Notes: generated by a model from the sequence alone, not told the origin. A stretch of DNA of 64,000 nt from Cyanophyceae cyanobacterium (GCA_038321985.1 JBBQFN010000010.1:93040-157039); one strand, 5' to 3'; shown: positions 19,929 through 30,239, counted from the first letter of the stretch. Numbers and translations: made by a program.

Positions 19929-20198
19929 CTAAAAGGCTTCCAATAAATCAATGAGGGTAACTTCTTCTTGCGATAAAGAAGCAGTGCCTAAAGACGATGA
20001 CGGTTTAGGAAAGGAACCGACTTCTGGGGTACCTTCCCAAGGCAGCAAACGGAAATAATCCTCTACTCCTAGGGTCCATCGGGAGGAGGGGTCCGTCGGT
20101 ATTCCGCTAGAACGGGTAGAGAGGAGTTCTCCTTGCCAATTGAATTGACTAAAATATTCTTGTACGGAGAGTTGTAATAAGGATTTGCCGTTATTCAT
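19929..20198 (-). CDS. Small hypothetical protein (Slr0145-like position)
   Basis: Overlaps the upstream stop (ATGA coupling); internal repeat SVQEYFSQFNWQG / GVEDYFRLLPWEG. Confidence 0.75.
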   Translation of the reverse strand: MNNGKSLLQLSVQEYFSQFNWQGELLSTRSSGIPTDPSSRWTLGVEDYFRLLPWEGTPEVGSFPKPSSSLGTASLSQEEVTLIDLLEAF

Positions 20199-20896
20199 CG
20201 CAAGCGTTCTCCGGCTTCTAGGCGTTGTTGAATATCACGAGCAGTGGCTCCTTCATTTTGCCAGAATGCAGCAGCATCAATGCGGTCTTGACTGCCGAGT
20301 AAAAATTTACAATAGGTTTCACCCATTGAGTAACATTGAAGTTCGATGCAGCTTAACTGTTTGTTGACCAAGCAGGTGAAGAATCCGGCAAATAAACCAG
20401 CGTAGATATAGCAGACGGGTTTACCCACGTCACCGAGGGTGCGTGCAACCGCAGAATCAAACAGGTTAATAAACATAAATCCATGTTTGCGATCGCTCAA
20501 ATCCACTTCCCAGCGTCCCCACCCCTGGGCGGTAAAGGGCCACCACCAAGTCTCTAACAGGAACATCAGGTTCGCTTGACGGATATCCCGCTCATATTCT
20601 TTCTCAAACCACTTTTTGAAAAATTCGGCGTCTTTGGTCCCCCATTCGCAACCAATGGTGTACATGATCACCGATGCAGCACTGCCGACTTCTTCTTCTA
20701 AACCCTCAACTAGACCAATAATAAAGTCTTCGCTGGTAAAGGTATTCCGTCCCTCATTCCAGTCTGTGACAATTCCCGTGTCAGAATGAAATGAAAAGAA
20801 ATCCTGAAAGCCATAGTGATTGTGCTTTTTAGGCTGCTTTTGCTGACGATCTCGTTCTATGTTAGCAGCCAGTTTTTTAGGGGTAGATACTACCAT
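20195..20896 (-). CDS. V4R domain protein (Slr0144-like, Pap operon)
   Basis: WWWPFTAQGWG, PVCYIYAGLFAGFF, CIELQCYSMGETYCKF. Confidence 0.88.
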   Translation of the reverse strand: MVVSTPKKLAANIERDRQQKQPKKHNHYGFQDFFSFHSDTGIVTDWNEGRNTFTSEDFIIGLVEGLEEEVGSAASVIMYTIGCEWGTKDAEFFKKWFEKEYERDIRQANLMFLLETWWWPFTAQGWGRWEVDLSDRKHGFMFINLFDSAVARTLGDVGKPVCYIYAGLFAGFFTCLVNKQLSCIELQCYSMGETYCKFLLGSQDRIDAAAFWQNEGATARDIQQRLEAGERLR

Positions 20897-22352
20897 CAGA
20901 CAATACTCCTGGTGATGGGATGGGGTCTTGATTTAGGCGCTGTCCCGGTCAGTTCCGTTCAGCGGCTGACTGGCTGCCTGGGGGTGGGTTGTCTCGGCCC
21001 TATTTGAATCTGACCGATGCCATGTTTAGCCGTGCCGCTCTATTTCTAATTTTAGGCAACTGAGAGGACATCTGGAACGATTAATTTTGGCGATCGCCCT
21101 CTAAACCCGTAAAATTGCGGAGGAAAGTTATTAAATTAAGAATAAAGTATTTAAAATTGGCGATTGTTAATGCGGTATTTTAAACATTGCAGGACAAGGA
21201 GAAAATAAATTTACCCCAGGAGGTGATTGACATTTCACTAACTTTATGTATTAAAACCGTCAAATGGGGCAGCGATCGCCCCTTAAACTAGGCCCTACTT
21301 CCCAACCTAGAGCATTCCGTAGAGGCACTCAATCCCCCCTCTGTTTTAAGCCAATTCACCCCGGCGATCGTCGCCCCTAAATTAGTAAGCAAAAACTGAC
21401 CTATTCAAAGGGGCGGCTACAGAAGCACAGATCAGTTTACATTTTACCGACAAAAAACAGACAATTCAAGCCAGATTGAGTATTAAGCGCTCTAAGTTTT
21501 ATAAATATTCTAGAATAAAATTAATTTCTGTAAAACTCAGTTTTTAAGCGTCAATTCTTTACTTAAATTATTTCCCCTCTCGGCTTTCTCGTCCCGATCT
21601 AGCTACCGAAATAAGCCAACGTAAACCCCAAAATTTAACAGAATTTCTCACTTATCAGAGATAAAATTAGGGGGGATTTGCCACGGAAAGAGCTAAATTT
21701 GGAACATCCGGCTGGAGAGATAGCAAACAGTTCCAGATCACGAATAGCGGCAACTTGACGCACTCCAGGGACTTAGAAAGGATGGGAAAACCTTAATTTT
21801 TCAGCGTTACTTCAATATAAATTTCCAGTGGTTCGGTTCCAGTCCGTGAGTCTTCAAAAGCCCTAAACTGGTGAATCTTCAGCCCTCTCTTCACGGGATA
21901 TTGTAGAATAGGAACCGATTTATTAAGGGATTTTGAATCTAATCTTGCTCATATTGCATTCAAACAGTGCTAAAATTAAGCGGGTATTTCATACCGGCGG
22001 TTACCTAGGTGAATTTCCCTGAAATTAGGTTGTTTTCGGATTTTCAACAAGTAACTTAAATCAGGGGAACCTAAATATTCACTTTATAACCGGCTTCTTA
22101 CTAAAGAGACCCACTCAGACAGATAGAGGCTAATTTTAAAGAGGCGCACCTACCACTGGATTGAGATTTAAAAAATTGGAAAGAGGGTTTTGGCATATTT
22201 TACCTCAAGAAAAAAAATTAGCTTAAATACCTCTACCGGGTTTTGATGGAAGCATAAAAATAGGTCAAATTGATGGACCCAATTTTTATCCTTATTCCCG
22301 GGTTAAGACACAAAAAGACCTAAAATCTAGAACAAAACAAAAAGGAACACTC

Positions 22353-23528
22353 ATGACTGTTTTTATTGCTTTAAGTGACAACAATACCCTAGTTGCGTTT
22401 GACTCTAACAATCCTGCACAAGTCTCTTCAGTGGGACTAACGGGGATAAACGGGACTTTACTCGGAATTGATACCCGACCGGCCAACGGTTTGATTTACG
22501 GCATTACAACGACCAACAATATTTACTCGATTGACCCCAAGAATCTGGGATTTACTCTTGATACTAATGGAACACTCAATAGCGCCATGACCCCGCCAAC
22601 GGTGGCTGCCACATTGGTTAGTACATTATCTGAACCTTTTCAAGGAGGGACAGTCTCGGGAGTAGACTTTAATCCGGTTCCGGACCGTCTGCGATTAGTG
22701 GGGGAAAACGACCAAAATTTCCGGATTAATGTTGATACCGGGGCAGTGATTCTTGATGGTACTCTAGCATTTGCGGCAAACGATCCCAATGGGGCTGTTA
22801 ATCCGAATGTGAGTGCCGCTGCTTATACCAATTCATTTGCAGGCACGACTTCTACCGCCCTCTATAATATCGATACTCAACTCAATACCCTGCTACTACA
22901 AAATCCCCCAAATGATGGGACGCTAGTTACCGTTGGTAATTTAGGAGTGGATTTTGGTAATTTGGGAGGGTTTGATATCGTTTCGGGGATGGCGGGGGAG
23001 AATGCTGCATTTGCAGTTTCTAACTCGATGCTTTATTCAATTAACCTCACCAATGGTCAAGCTACTAGCATGGGGATGATTGGGTCGAATGCGGGCTTAA
23101 ATTTACAAGGGTTGGCTGCCGTACCGACTTCTGCTTTCCAAGACCCGATCACGGGGGAGGGTGAATTTAACCCGGCTCAATATTTAGCCTCTCATCCGGA
23201 TTTGATTGCTGCCTTTGGCTATAATTTGGCCGCCGCTGGTGAACATTATATGCAGTTTGGTATGGCCGAAAATCGAGCGTTAGATACGTTTGACGAAGTG
23301 CGCTATCTAGGGTCTTACGGGGACTTGATTCAGGTAATTGGGCTTAATCCAGAGTTGGCGACTGAGCATTATGTTACATTTGGGGCTTCCGAAGGGCGAG
23401 TTACTAATCTGTTTGATCCAGTCAGCTACCTCAGTAATTACGCGGATTTAAGGGCTGCTTTTGGTAATGATTTAGTGGCAGCTACTCAACACTACATCCA
23501 AGCTGGATTTAGTGAGGGTCGCGTTTAA
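22353..23528 (+). CDS. DUF4394 domain protein with three C-terminal F-D/N-x3-YL...DL...HY-x3-G-x2-EGR repeats
   Basis: GIDTRPANG, GVDFNPVPDRLR, AAAYTN, LQNPPNDGTL; three ~40-aa repeats from about 23166. Confidence 0.85.
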   Translation: MTVFIALSDNNTLVAFDSNNPAQVSSVGLTGINGTLLGIDTRPANGLIYGITTTNNIYSIDPKNLGFTLDTNGTLNSAMTPPTVAATLVSTLSEPFQGGTVSGVDFNPVPDRLRLVGENDQNFRINVDTGAVILDGTLAFAANDPNGAVNPNVSAAAYTNSFAGTTSTALYNIDTQLNTLLLQNPPNDGTLVTVGNLGVDFGNLGGFDIVSGMAGENAAFAVSNSMLYSINLTNGQATSMGMIGSNAGLNLQGLAAVPTSAFQDPITGEGEFNPAQYLASHPDLIAAFGYNLAAAGEHYMQFGMAENRALDTFDEVRYLGSYGDLIQVIGLNPELATEHYVTFGASEGRVTNLFDPVSYLSNYADLRAAFGNDLVAATQHYIQAGFSEGRV

Positions 23529-23535
23529 AAGAAAG

Positions 23536-23614
23536 AAACGACTAAAGTTGTGACACGGAACAATTAAGAACCGACTAAAATTGTTCCGGTTTGTAGTAAC
23601 GACTTTAGTCGTTA
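23536..23614. repeat. REP-like hairpin copies between convergent genes
   Basis: GTTTGTAGTAACGACTTTAGTCGTTA (23589-23614) plus two degenerate CGACTAAA copies. Confidence 0.75.
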
Positions 23615-23634
23615 TCGGCAGTGGTAATCTCCCA

Positions 23635-24594
23635 TTAATTGCTGCCCTGTAGCATTGCCTGCTGTCCTTGGGGTGAGGTTGCATAACCTAAAAAGGCTTG
23701 GACTGCTGGGTTGGGCGGGTGCTTATAGGCGTAGGATAGGACACGCTGGAAGGGATAATTCGGGTGATCGGGCATCATGCCATCGATCGCCAGGGTTTTT
23801 ACAGTTTGCTGATTTGCAACTTGGGCAAAGGTGGCGTAACCCATCCCGTTACGTCCCAATTGTCGCAGCATTCCGGTGGTTTCATCCCGGGGAAGGGTGG
23901 TTATGTTGGGAGTGTTTCCGAAATTGCCCCCCTTGAGTACAATCTCCTGAAACGCTTGATGAGTGCCACTGATGCGGGGGCGATTAATGACTTGAATGGG
24001 TCCGGCAAGTCCCCCAATCTCCTGCCAATCGGTGATTTGTCCTTGGAAAATTTGCCGGACTTGTTCCCTCGTCAATCCGCCACTGTAGGGATTGTCAATA
24101 CCAACAACTAGGGCAATTCGATCGCTGGCGACGGGTATTACCGTTAATCCCTGGGCTTTTTCTTGGGGGGTCAGCGATCGCGAAATTGCAGCAAGGTCAG
24201 CATTCCCCGCCAGAATAGACTCGATTCCGCGATCGCTTCCATTGGCAACCGCGAGAACGCTAGTCCCGGCATATTGTCCCTCAAACCCCTGTTTAAGATT
24301 CTGATTGATAGTCACCATACTGGTAGAACCGTCAATTCTAACTGAGGTATTGGCGGGGACTGATGCAGGCATGGAAAAACTTTGAGTTCTAGGCGGAGTG
24401 GGCGCAGGGGGGACCGCAGGGGGGGCCCCAGGAAGTTGCGGAGTGGGGGATACCTCGGTTTGTGGGGAGATTGGAACACTGGGAGTGATTTGGGTAGTTT
24501 CTTCTTCCGAACTCAAGAACCAGTAACCGACTGCGGCTAGAATCAAAAAGGTTACGAAATAAAGAATAGGAGAAGGTCCACTTTTGTTTGTCAC
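23635..24594 (-). CDS. PstS-like phosphate-binding (PBP-like) substrate-binding protein
   Basis: IDGSTSM, GSDRGI, AAISR, ITDWQEIGG, RPRISGT; N-terminal TM and Pro-rich linker; no pst operon adjacent. Confidence 0.85.
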   Translation of the reverse strand: MTNKSGPSPILYFVTFLILAAVGYWFLSSEEETTQITPSVPISPQTEVSPTPQLPGAPPAVPPAPTPPRTQSFSMPASVPANTSVRIDGSTSMVTINQNLKQGFEGQYAGTSVLAVANGSDRGIESILAGNADLAAISRSLTPQEKAQGLTVIPVASDRIALVVGIDNPYSGGLTREQVRQIFQGQITDWQEIGGLAGPIQVINRPRISGTHQAFQEIVLKGGNFGNTPNITTLPRDETTGMLRQLGRNGMGYATFAQVANQQTVKTLAIDGMMPDHPNYPFQRVLSYAYKHPPNPAVQAFLGYATSPQGQQAMLQGSN

Positions 24595-24727
24595 GGTTTT
24601 TATGATTAAGGGTAAAAATTGACTGCTATCAAATTGTGCTGAAGGAGTCAGTTCAAGGGTGCCTTTTGGTGATATTTTTATTGAGTGTAAAGGGTTGACT
24701 TGAGTTTTTCAAGTATAATTAATCACA

Positions 24728-24922
24728 ATGGATAGTAATACTATATTTATTTTCAAGGTGGTGATTGCTTCCGCGATCGTTTCTGGCGCTATCAAATATG
24801 GGGGTCCTCGGGTCTTGATTCCAGAAACATCCCCGATCGCCTTGATCCTGGTTTGTACACCGTCAGCGATCGTCTTCGGAGTTCTGACTTGGCGACTTTA
24901 TTTCCAGAGTTCCCAGAATTGA
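24728..24922 (+). CDS. Small two-TM hypothetical protein
   Basis: 64 aa, FKV...IKYGGP...TM pattern; TATAAT just upstream. Confidence 0.6.
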   Translation: MDSNTIFIFKVVIASAIVSGAIKYGGPRVLIPETSPIALILVCTPSAIVFGVLTWRLYFQSSQN

Positions 24923-25144
24923 AGGGGCTCAGAAGCAACTAGCCCTGTTCTGCGCCAGGGTGTGGCCCGATCGCCCTGGAGAAGGGCACTCCGCAGCTTT
25001 TTAGGGCGACAATCCCCTCTTGGGGCTATATTGAGTATCAAGTAGAATCTTTCGGGTTAATCTGCTGGAGATTGGGACCACTGATTTAGGGTCGAAGCAG
25101 AGCGGGGTCAAGTGAAATAGCCTCGATAGGAGGGAGCGAGCACA

Positions 25145-26371
25145 GTGAATTTAGGTCAATGGATAGGCTTATTAGCCCTTTTTATTTCTTTCTATATTAT
25201 CTGGCAAATTCGAGAAATTTTATTGCTGCTTTTTGCAGCAGTGGTCCTAGCAACCGCCTTAAATCGACTCGCTCGCCGGTTGCAATGGTTTGGGATAAAA
25301 CGCGGTTGGGCGGTGATGGTTTCCATCCTCCTGCTCTTATTAGTTTTGGTTAGTTTCTTTTGGCTAATTGTTCCTCCCTTTGCGACGCAACTCCAACAAT
25401 TAATCCAACTGCTGACCTTGGGAGTGGCCGAAATCAATGATATCCTTTATCAAGTCAGAACCCAAGTTCCTCCGCAATTAAAGCAATATTTACCGGATGT
25501 TAATAATATTGTTCAACAATTGCAACCCCTTGCCAATCAATTACTAGGAGGAGCTGGGGCAGTTGTAGGGGGTACTTTTGGGGGATTGTTGAGCTTTTTA
25601 TTAGTCTTAGTTCTGGCTTTAATGATGGTCAGCAATCCTCAATCTTACCGGAATGCCTTCGTACGGCTATTCCCTTCATTTTATCGCTGGCGGGTTGACG
25701 GGATTCTTGATCGCTGCGATGTGGCGTTAGGGGGATGGCTGATTGGCATTCTTTTTAATATGATGGTGATTGGAGTATTGAGCTGGATTGGCCTATTAAT
25801 TTTGGGAGTTCCCCTAGCCCTGGCTAATGGAGTATTAGCGGGTTTGTTAACGTTTATTCCAAATATTGGTCCGGCCTTAAGCGCAATTCCTCCTATGGCG
25901 ATCGCCCTGCTAGATGCCCCCTGGAAATCCTTAGCGGTGCTGGGTTTATATATTTTTATTCAGCAGTTAGAAAGTAATTTATTGACTCCTTATGTGATGG
26001 CTGAGCAGATTTTTTTACTGCCGGCGGTAACTTTAATGGCGCAAGTCTTTTTTGCTTCAATTTTTGGGTTTTTCGGGCTATTTATGGCCCTGCCTTTAAC
26101 ATTGGTGCTTCAGGTTTGGTTCCAAGAAACCTTGGTGAAAGATATCTTAGACCGATGGCGCAAACCCCTAGCGCCAAGACGCCCACGCCTAGAGGCGATC
26201 GCCGCAGTTGACCCGGGAGCAGAATCCGTGCCGTATTTGCCATCATCGAGTCAGGAATTATCCTCCGTGGACTATGACCCTTGGGACGATCGCCCCCAGG
26301 GAAGCGATCGCCATCCCACCCCTGCCGAAGGGAACTCCGGAACCGAGTTTCAGGACCCTCAACCGGAATAA
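25145..26371 (+). CDS. AI-2E family transporter
   Basis: FIPNIGP, QQLESNLLTP, GLFMALPL; multiple TMs. Confidence 0.9.
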   Translation: MNLGQWIGLLALFISFYIIWQIREILLLLFAAVVLATALNRLARRLQWFGIKRGWAVMVSILLLLLVLVSFFWLIVPPFATQLQQLIQLLTLGVAEINDILYQVRTQVPPQLKQYLPDVNNIVQQLQPLANQLLGGAGAVVGGTFGGLLSFLLVLVLALMMVSNPQSYRNAFVRLFPSFYRWRVDGILDRCDVALGGWLIGILFNMMVIGVLSWIGLLILGVPLALANGVLAGLLTFIPNIGPALSAIPPMAIALLDAPWKSLAVLGLYIFIQQLESNLLTPYVMAEQIFLLPAVTLMAQVFFASIFGFFGLFMALPLTLVLQVWFQETLVKDILDRWRKPLAPRRPRLEAIAAVDPGAESVPYLPSSSQELSSVDYDPWDDRPQGSDRHPTPAEGNSGTEFQDPQPE

Positions 26372-26527
26372 GGGTAAAAACTGTTTAAAAGGGTTATTGC
26401 CTCCCCCCATTCCCGTTTTAAAATTATTTTTTATACCCCAAAATAACTCCACTTGGAGAAGGAAAGAATCCATTAAAAATAGGGTAAAAATTTTGAGAAT
26501 TAATCCCGATATTAGATAACCAAAGGT

Positions 26528-27709
26528 ATGCGAACGATTGCCGAAATTAATGAAAAAATAAGCCAGAAAAAAGCGGTAGTCTGGACTGTAGAAGAATTAA
26601 AAGCGCGGGTTGTGGAAAAGGGCATCCCGGCGGTGGCAAAAGAAGTGGATGTGGTCACGACGGGTACCTTTGAACCGATGGAGTCATCCGGGGCGATTAT
26701 TAACCTGGGACATACGGACCCCCCGATTAAAATTCGCCGTTGCTGGTTAGATGGAGTGCCCGCCTACTCCGGTTTTGGGGCGGTGGATTTGTATGTCGGG
26801 GCGACCGAAGTCGCAGAAGCCCAAGATGGAGAGGAAGTCAGGGAACGAGGAGGGGGTCACGCGATCGCCGATTTAATTGCTGGAAAACCGATTCATTTAC
26901 GGGCGATCGGACAGGTGACCGATTGCTATCCCCGGGCCTCGTTTGAAACCACCCTGACCAAGGATACGATTAACCAGTTTTATTTATATAATCCTCGTAA
27001 CTTATATCAAAATTTTATTGTAGGAGTGAATGGAGGCGATCGCCCCTTGTTTACCTACCTTGGTCCCTTACAACCCGGTCTCGGCAATGCCGTCTATTCC
27101 AACCCCGGAGCCATTTCGCCCCTCCTTAACGACCCCGAACTGCAACTCATTGGCCCAGGAACGCGGATTTTTTTAGGAGGGGGAATTGGCTATGTCGCTT
27201 GGGAAGGGACTCAGCACTTTCCCAAGCAAAAACGCCTCCCTAATAAGACGCCGATTGGGCCTGCTGCAACCTTAGCCTTGATTGGGGATGCCAAACAAAT
27301 GAATCCGCGATGGGTGCGGGGTTGCTACTTCCACAATTACGGACCCTCCTTAATGCTTGGGGTTGGGGTCCCATTACCCATCCTTAATGAGGAAGTGGTC
27401 CTGCACTGTGCGGTGCAAGACCAAGATATAGTCGCCCCGGTTGTGGATTTCTCCATCCCCCGGCGCGTTCGTCCTACCTTTGGGTTAGTCAGCTATGCCC
27501 AACTCAAAACGGGTCGCATTACCCTCGAAGGCAAACCCGTGCGCACGGCACCTCTAGCCAGTCTCTTCTTTTCCCGTCAAGTTGCTCTGGAATTGAAGCA
27601 GTGGATCGAATCCGGGCAGTTTACCCTAACCGAACCTGTCATCCCCCTGCCGATGGACCGCTCATTTTTACCCCAAAATGTATGGGGGTCTCAACTGAGC
27701 TTAGAATAA
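26528..27709 (+). CDS. Homocysteine biosynthesis protein (DUF39, L-aspartate semialdehyde sulfurtransferase-like)
   Basis: MRTIAEINEKI, VDVVTTGTFEPMESSGA, ERGGGH, TDCYPR, NPRNLYQN, GTRIFLGG. Confidence 0.85.
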   Translation: MRTIAEINEKISQKKAVVWTVEELKARVVEKGIPAVAKEVDVVTTGTFEPMESSGAIINLGHTDPPIKIRRCWLDGVPAYSGFGAVDLYVGATEVAEAQDGEEVRERGGGHAIADLIAGKPIHLRAIGQVTDCYPRASFETTLTKDTINQFYLYNPRNLYQNFIVGVNGGDRPLFTYLGPLQPGLGNAVYSNPGAISPLLNDPELQLIGPGTRIFLGGGIGYVAWEGTQHFPKQKRLPNKTPIGPAATLALIGDAKQMNPRWVRGCYFHNYGPSLMLGVGVPLPILNEEVVLHCAVQDQDIVAPVVDFSIPRRVRPTFGLVSYAQLKTGRITLEGKPVRTAPLASLFFSRQVALELKQWIESGQFTLTEPVIPLPMDRSFLPQNVWGSQLSLE

Positions 27710-27778
27710 TCCAGCCGCAGGGTCTTGCACAGGAGAGAATTCAGGTGCAGGAATTCAAAAGCGACTCTAACGAACAGG

Positions 27779-28768
27779 TTATTCCTGATTCTGGGGTTTA
27801 TTGCGCTTGACGGGTTTGGGAAGCGGGTCAGTCCGAGGTGCTGAGGGCGGTTGAACCGTTGCGTTGGGGACTGGGCGTCCAGAACTCTTGTAGGGGCGGT
27901 TGCTGCCGCCCGGTTTACCCCCTTTCCCTTTAAAGGGCTTTTTCTTTTTGGGAGCAATTGATCCCATGTCATTTCCCTGCTCAATCAACAGAGAATTTTC
28001 CTGACGCTTAACGTGCAAGTCCCAGAAATGACCGACAGCTTTTCCCGGTAAAGTCCCCTCAAGCTGTAACTTGAAAAACTTAGGTTTGGTGTCAGAATCT
28101 TTAGGGTTTTGTTTGATTTTAACGACGATATATTGCTCGTCCTGAGCTTGAAAAATGACCTCGCCACGAATCGAAAAATAGCCATCTTGAATCTCTACTT
28201 CGGCATTTTCTTCCGGGGGGGATGACTCCTCGGTAACCGGTGCAGTCGCCTCGGCAGTTGGAACAGTAGATTCCCAGAGAGTCGGTGTCAGTTTTTCCGG
28301 CTCCCACACCCCCATAATTTGGACGTGTAAGGTTTTTTCTTTCTGTCTAGTGCGAGGGTAAACTACCCAGAGGTGGTTTTCTTCATCGCTGAGATGATTT
28401 TTGACCAAACTCATCACTTTCCCCAACAAAACGGCATCAATTGCCGTTCCTTCTGGAGTGATCAAATTTCCTCGGGTGAATTGTTCTTCCGAGGGGTGAT
28501 AGCGACCCGCTACCAATCCGATCGCCCGATATTGCTTCGGTTCAGAAGGCAAGGGAATCGGATGATGCCGCATCACTGTCACGTCCGCATCATTGGGGGC
28601 GTCCTCGCGATCGGGGACATTCGTAGATTCGGACACCGGGTCGGGTTCCGGCGATGGTGGGGGAGGAGTAGACGAGAAGGCAGGCGGGTTGGCCTGAGCG
28701 CTTGGATCGGGCTGGCCTGCTTCTGGAGTATTAGCGGAGCTTGGGAATTGATTGGGAGAGGAATTCAT
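27779..28768 (-). CDS. Conserved cyanobacterial hypothetical protein with Pro-rich termini
   Basis: QYRAIGLV.G.Y, LWVVYPRT, GYFSIRGEV; GGAGG upstream of ATG 28768 (ORF open to 28792). Confidence 0.8.
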   Translation of the reverse strand: MNSSPNQFPSSANTPEAGQPDPSAQANPPAFSSTPPPPSPEPDPVSESTNVPDREDAPNDADVTVMRHHPIPLPSEPKQYRAIGLVAGRYHPSEEQFTRGNLITPEGTAIDAVLLGKVMSLVKNHLSDEENHLWVVYPRTRQKEKTLHVQIMGVWEPEKLTPTLWESTVPTAEATAPVTEESSPPEENAEVEIQDGYFSIRGEVIFQAQDEQYIVVKIKQNPKDSDTKPKFFKLQLEGTLPGKAVGHFWDLHVKRQENSLLIEQGNDMGSIAPKKKKPFKGKGGKPGGSNRPYKSSGRPVPNATVQPPSAPRTDPLPKPVKRNKPQNQE

Positions 28769-29318
28769 AAAACCTCCTTGCGGCGGAGACACATCCGGTG
28801 ACAGCTAACTTGAAAAACGCTTTATGATTCTAAACCTGAATTTGACAGGTTCTATAGAATTAAGCTCGTCGCATCCTGACTTAAAATAAGTCCGTTTGGC
28901 AACCGATCGCTGTCTGAAGACAGGGGCTGACTGCCATCAGGCTGCTGATTTTACCTAAAATGCAAGGATGCTAGGGCCAAATCCGCATGGTTTCTGCTTT
29001 TCACTCGCTTACACACCATTCGTACCCGTCAAATCTAGGCGATTTGGGGTACGCTCTGTCCATGCTTGCTCGTGGCGTAATGCCGAAAACTAGGTTTTTT
29101 TCATGCAGATGGGCGTTAAAACCCACTCAAGATCAAGATAGCATTGAGTCGGCTTTTCCCGCTTTGCTGGGTTAGGGCTAAGGCGATCGCTTCTCAATGG
29201 GTTAGTGAATATCCCTGACGTCACTTAACGGCTGTAGTCTGGGAATGTAATTCGTCTAAGAATCGCTGCGGTTACCGGCGATGATGACTAAAATGTTGAT
29301 AGAGTTAGAGGTTTTATA

Positions 29319-30239
29319 GTGTCACAAAAGCTGGGGCGATGGAAGTTGTACATCTTGATACTGGGGCTAGTTGCCTTTGTGGGAATTGGTCTCGCGCCTA
29401 TTGTTAATGGTGTGATAGAAGCTACTCAAACCAATTCCTCGACCAATGTTGCAACCCCAACAACGACCCCGAATTCGCAGCAGGGGGATTTGGAAGCTCA
29501 AGCTAGGGGTTATGAATTGGTAGTGCAGCGGGAACCGGACAATGAGACGGCCCTACGCGGACTATTGGAAACAAGACTCAAGTTACAAGATATCCCAGGG
29601 GCGATCGCTACCTTGGAAAAATTAGTGGCCCTGAATCCCCAACGCACGGATTATGCGGTACTGCTGGCTCAAGGGAAGCAACAAATTGGCGATCGCGAGG
29701 GGGCTTCTACCGCATATCGGTCGATTTTGGAAACCCAGCCGGGTAATATTAACGCCCTCCAGGGTTATGTAAATCTCTTGCTGCTCGAAAACCGTCCCGA
29801 AGCGGCTATTGGTCTGCTTGAGGATACTCTCAAAACTGCTCCCCAAGCTAATCAAATTCAGCCCGGAAGCATTGATGTGGTTTCGGTACAAGTCATTTTG
29901 GGCCAGGTGTATGCTGACCAAATGCGTTATGACGAGGCGATCGCGGTTTACGATGAAGCCATGAAAGCCGAACCCGAAGATTTTCGGCCAATCTATGCCA
30001 AGGGCATTGTCTGGCAAAATCAAGGCAAAATGGCTGAGGCTAAATCCCTCTTTGAAACCGCCTCAAAATTAGCACCCCCACAGTACCGGGATCAAATTCA
30101 GCAGCAAGCACAACAAGTGGCTCCTGTACTGCCTGAAAGTACGCCACCGGAAGCTACCCCCGAGGCTTCACCAGAAGCTACCCCCGAGGCTTCACCAGAA
30201 GGGGAAGTCGATTCTATACCGGAATCAGAAGCCGAGTAA
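29319..30239 (+). CDS. Membrane-anchored TPR protein
   Basis: N-terminal TM, TPR-like helices (LGQVYADQMRYDEAIAVYDEA). Confidence 0.85.
   Translation: MSQKLGRWKLYILILGLVAFVGIGLAPIVNGVIEATQTNSSTNVATPTTTPNSQQGDLEAQARGYELVVQREPDNETALRGLLETRLKLQDIPGAIATLEKLVALNPQRTDYAVLLAQGKQQIGDREGASTAYRSILETQPGNINALQGYVNLLLLENRPEAAIGLLEDTLKTAPQANQIQPGSIDVVSVQVILGQVYADQMRYDEAIAVYDEAMKAEPEDFRPIYAKGIVWQNQGKMAEAKSLFETASKLAPPQYRDQIQQQAQQVAPVLPESTPPEATPEASPEATPEASPEGEVDSIPESEAE
30150..30201 (+). repeat. In-frame 24-bp tandem repeat encoding EATPEASP twice
   Basis: GAAGCTACCCCCGAGGCTTCACCA twice plus GAAG. Confidence 0.9.
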
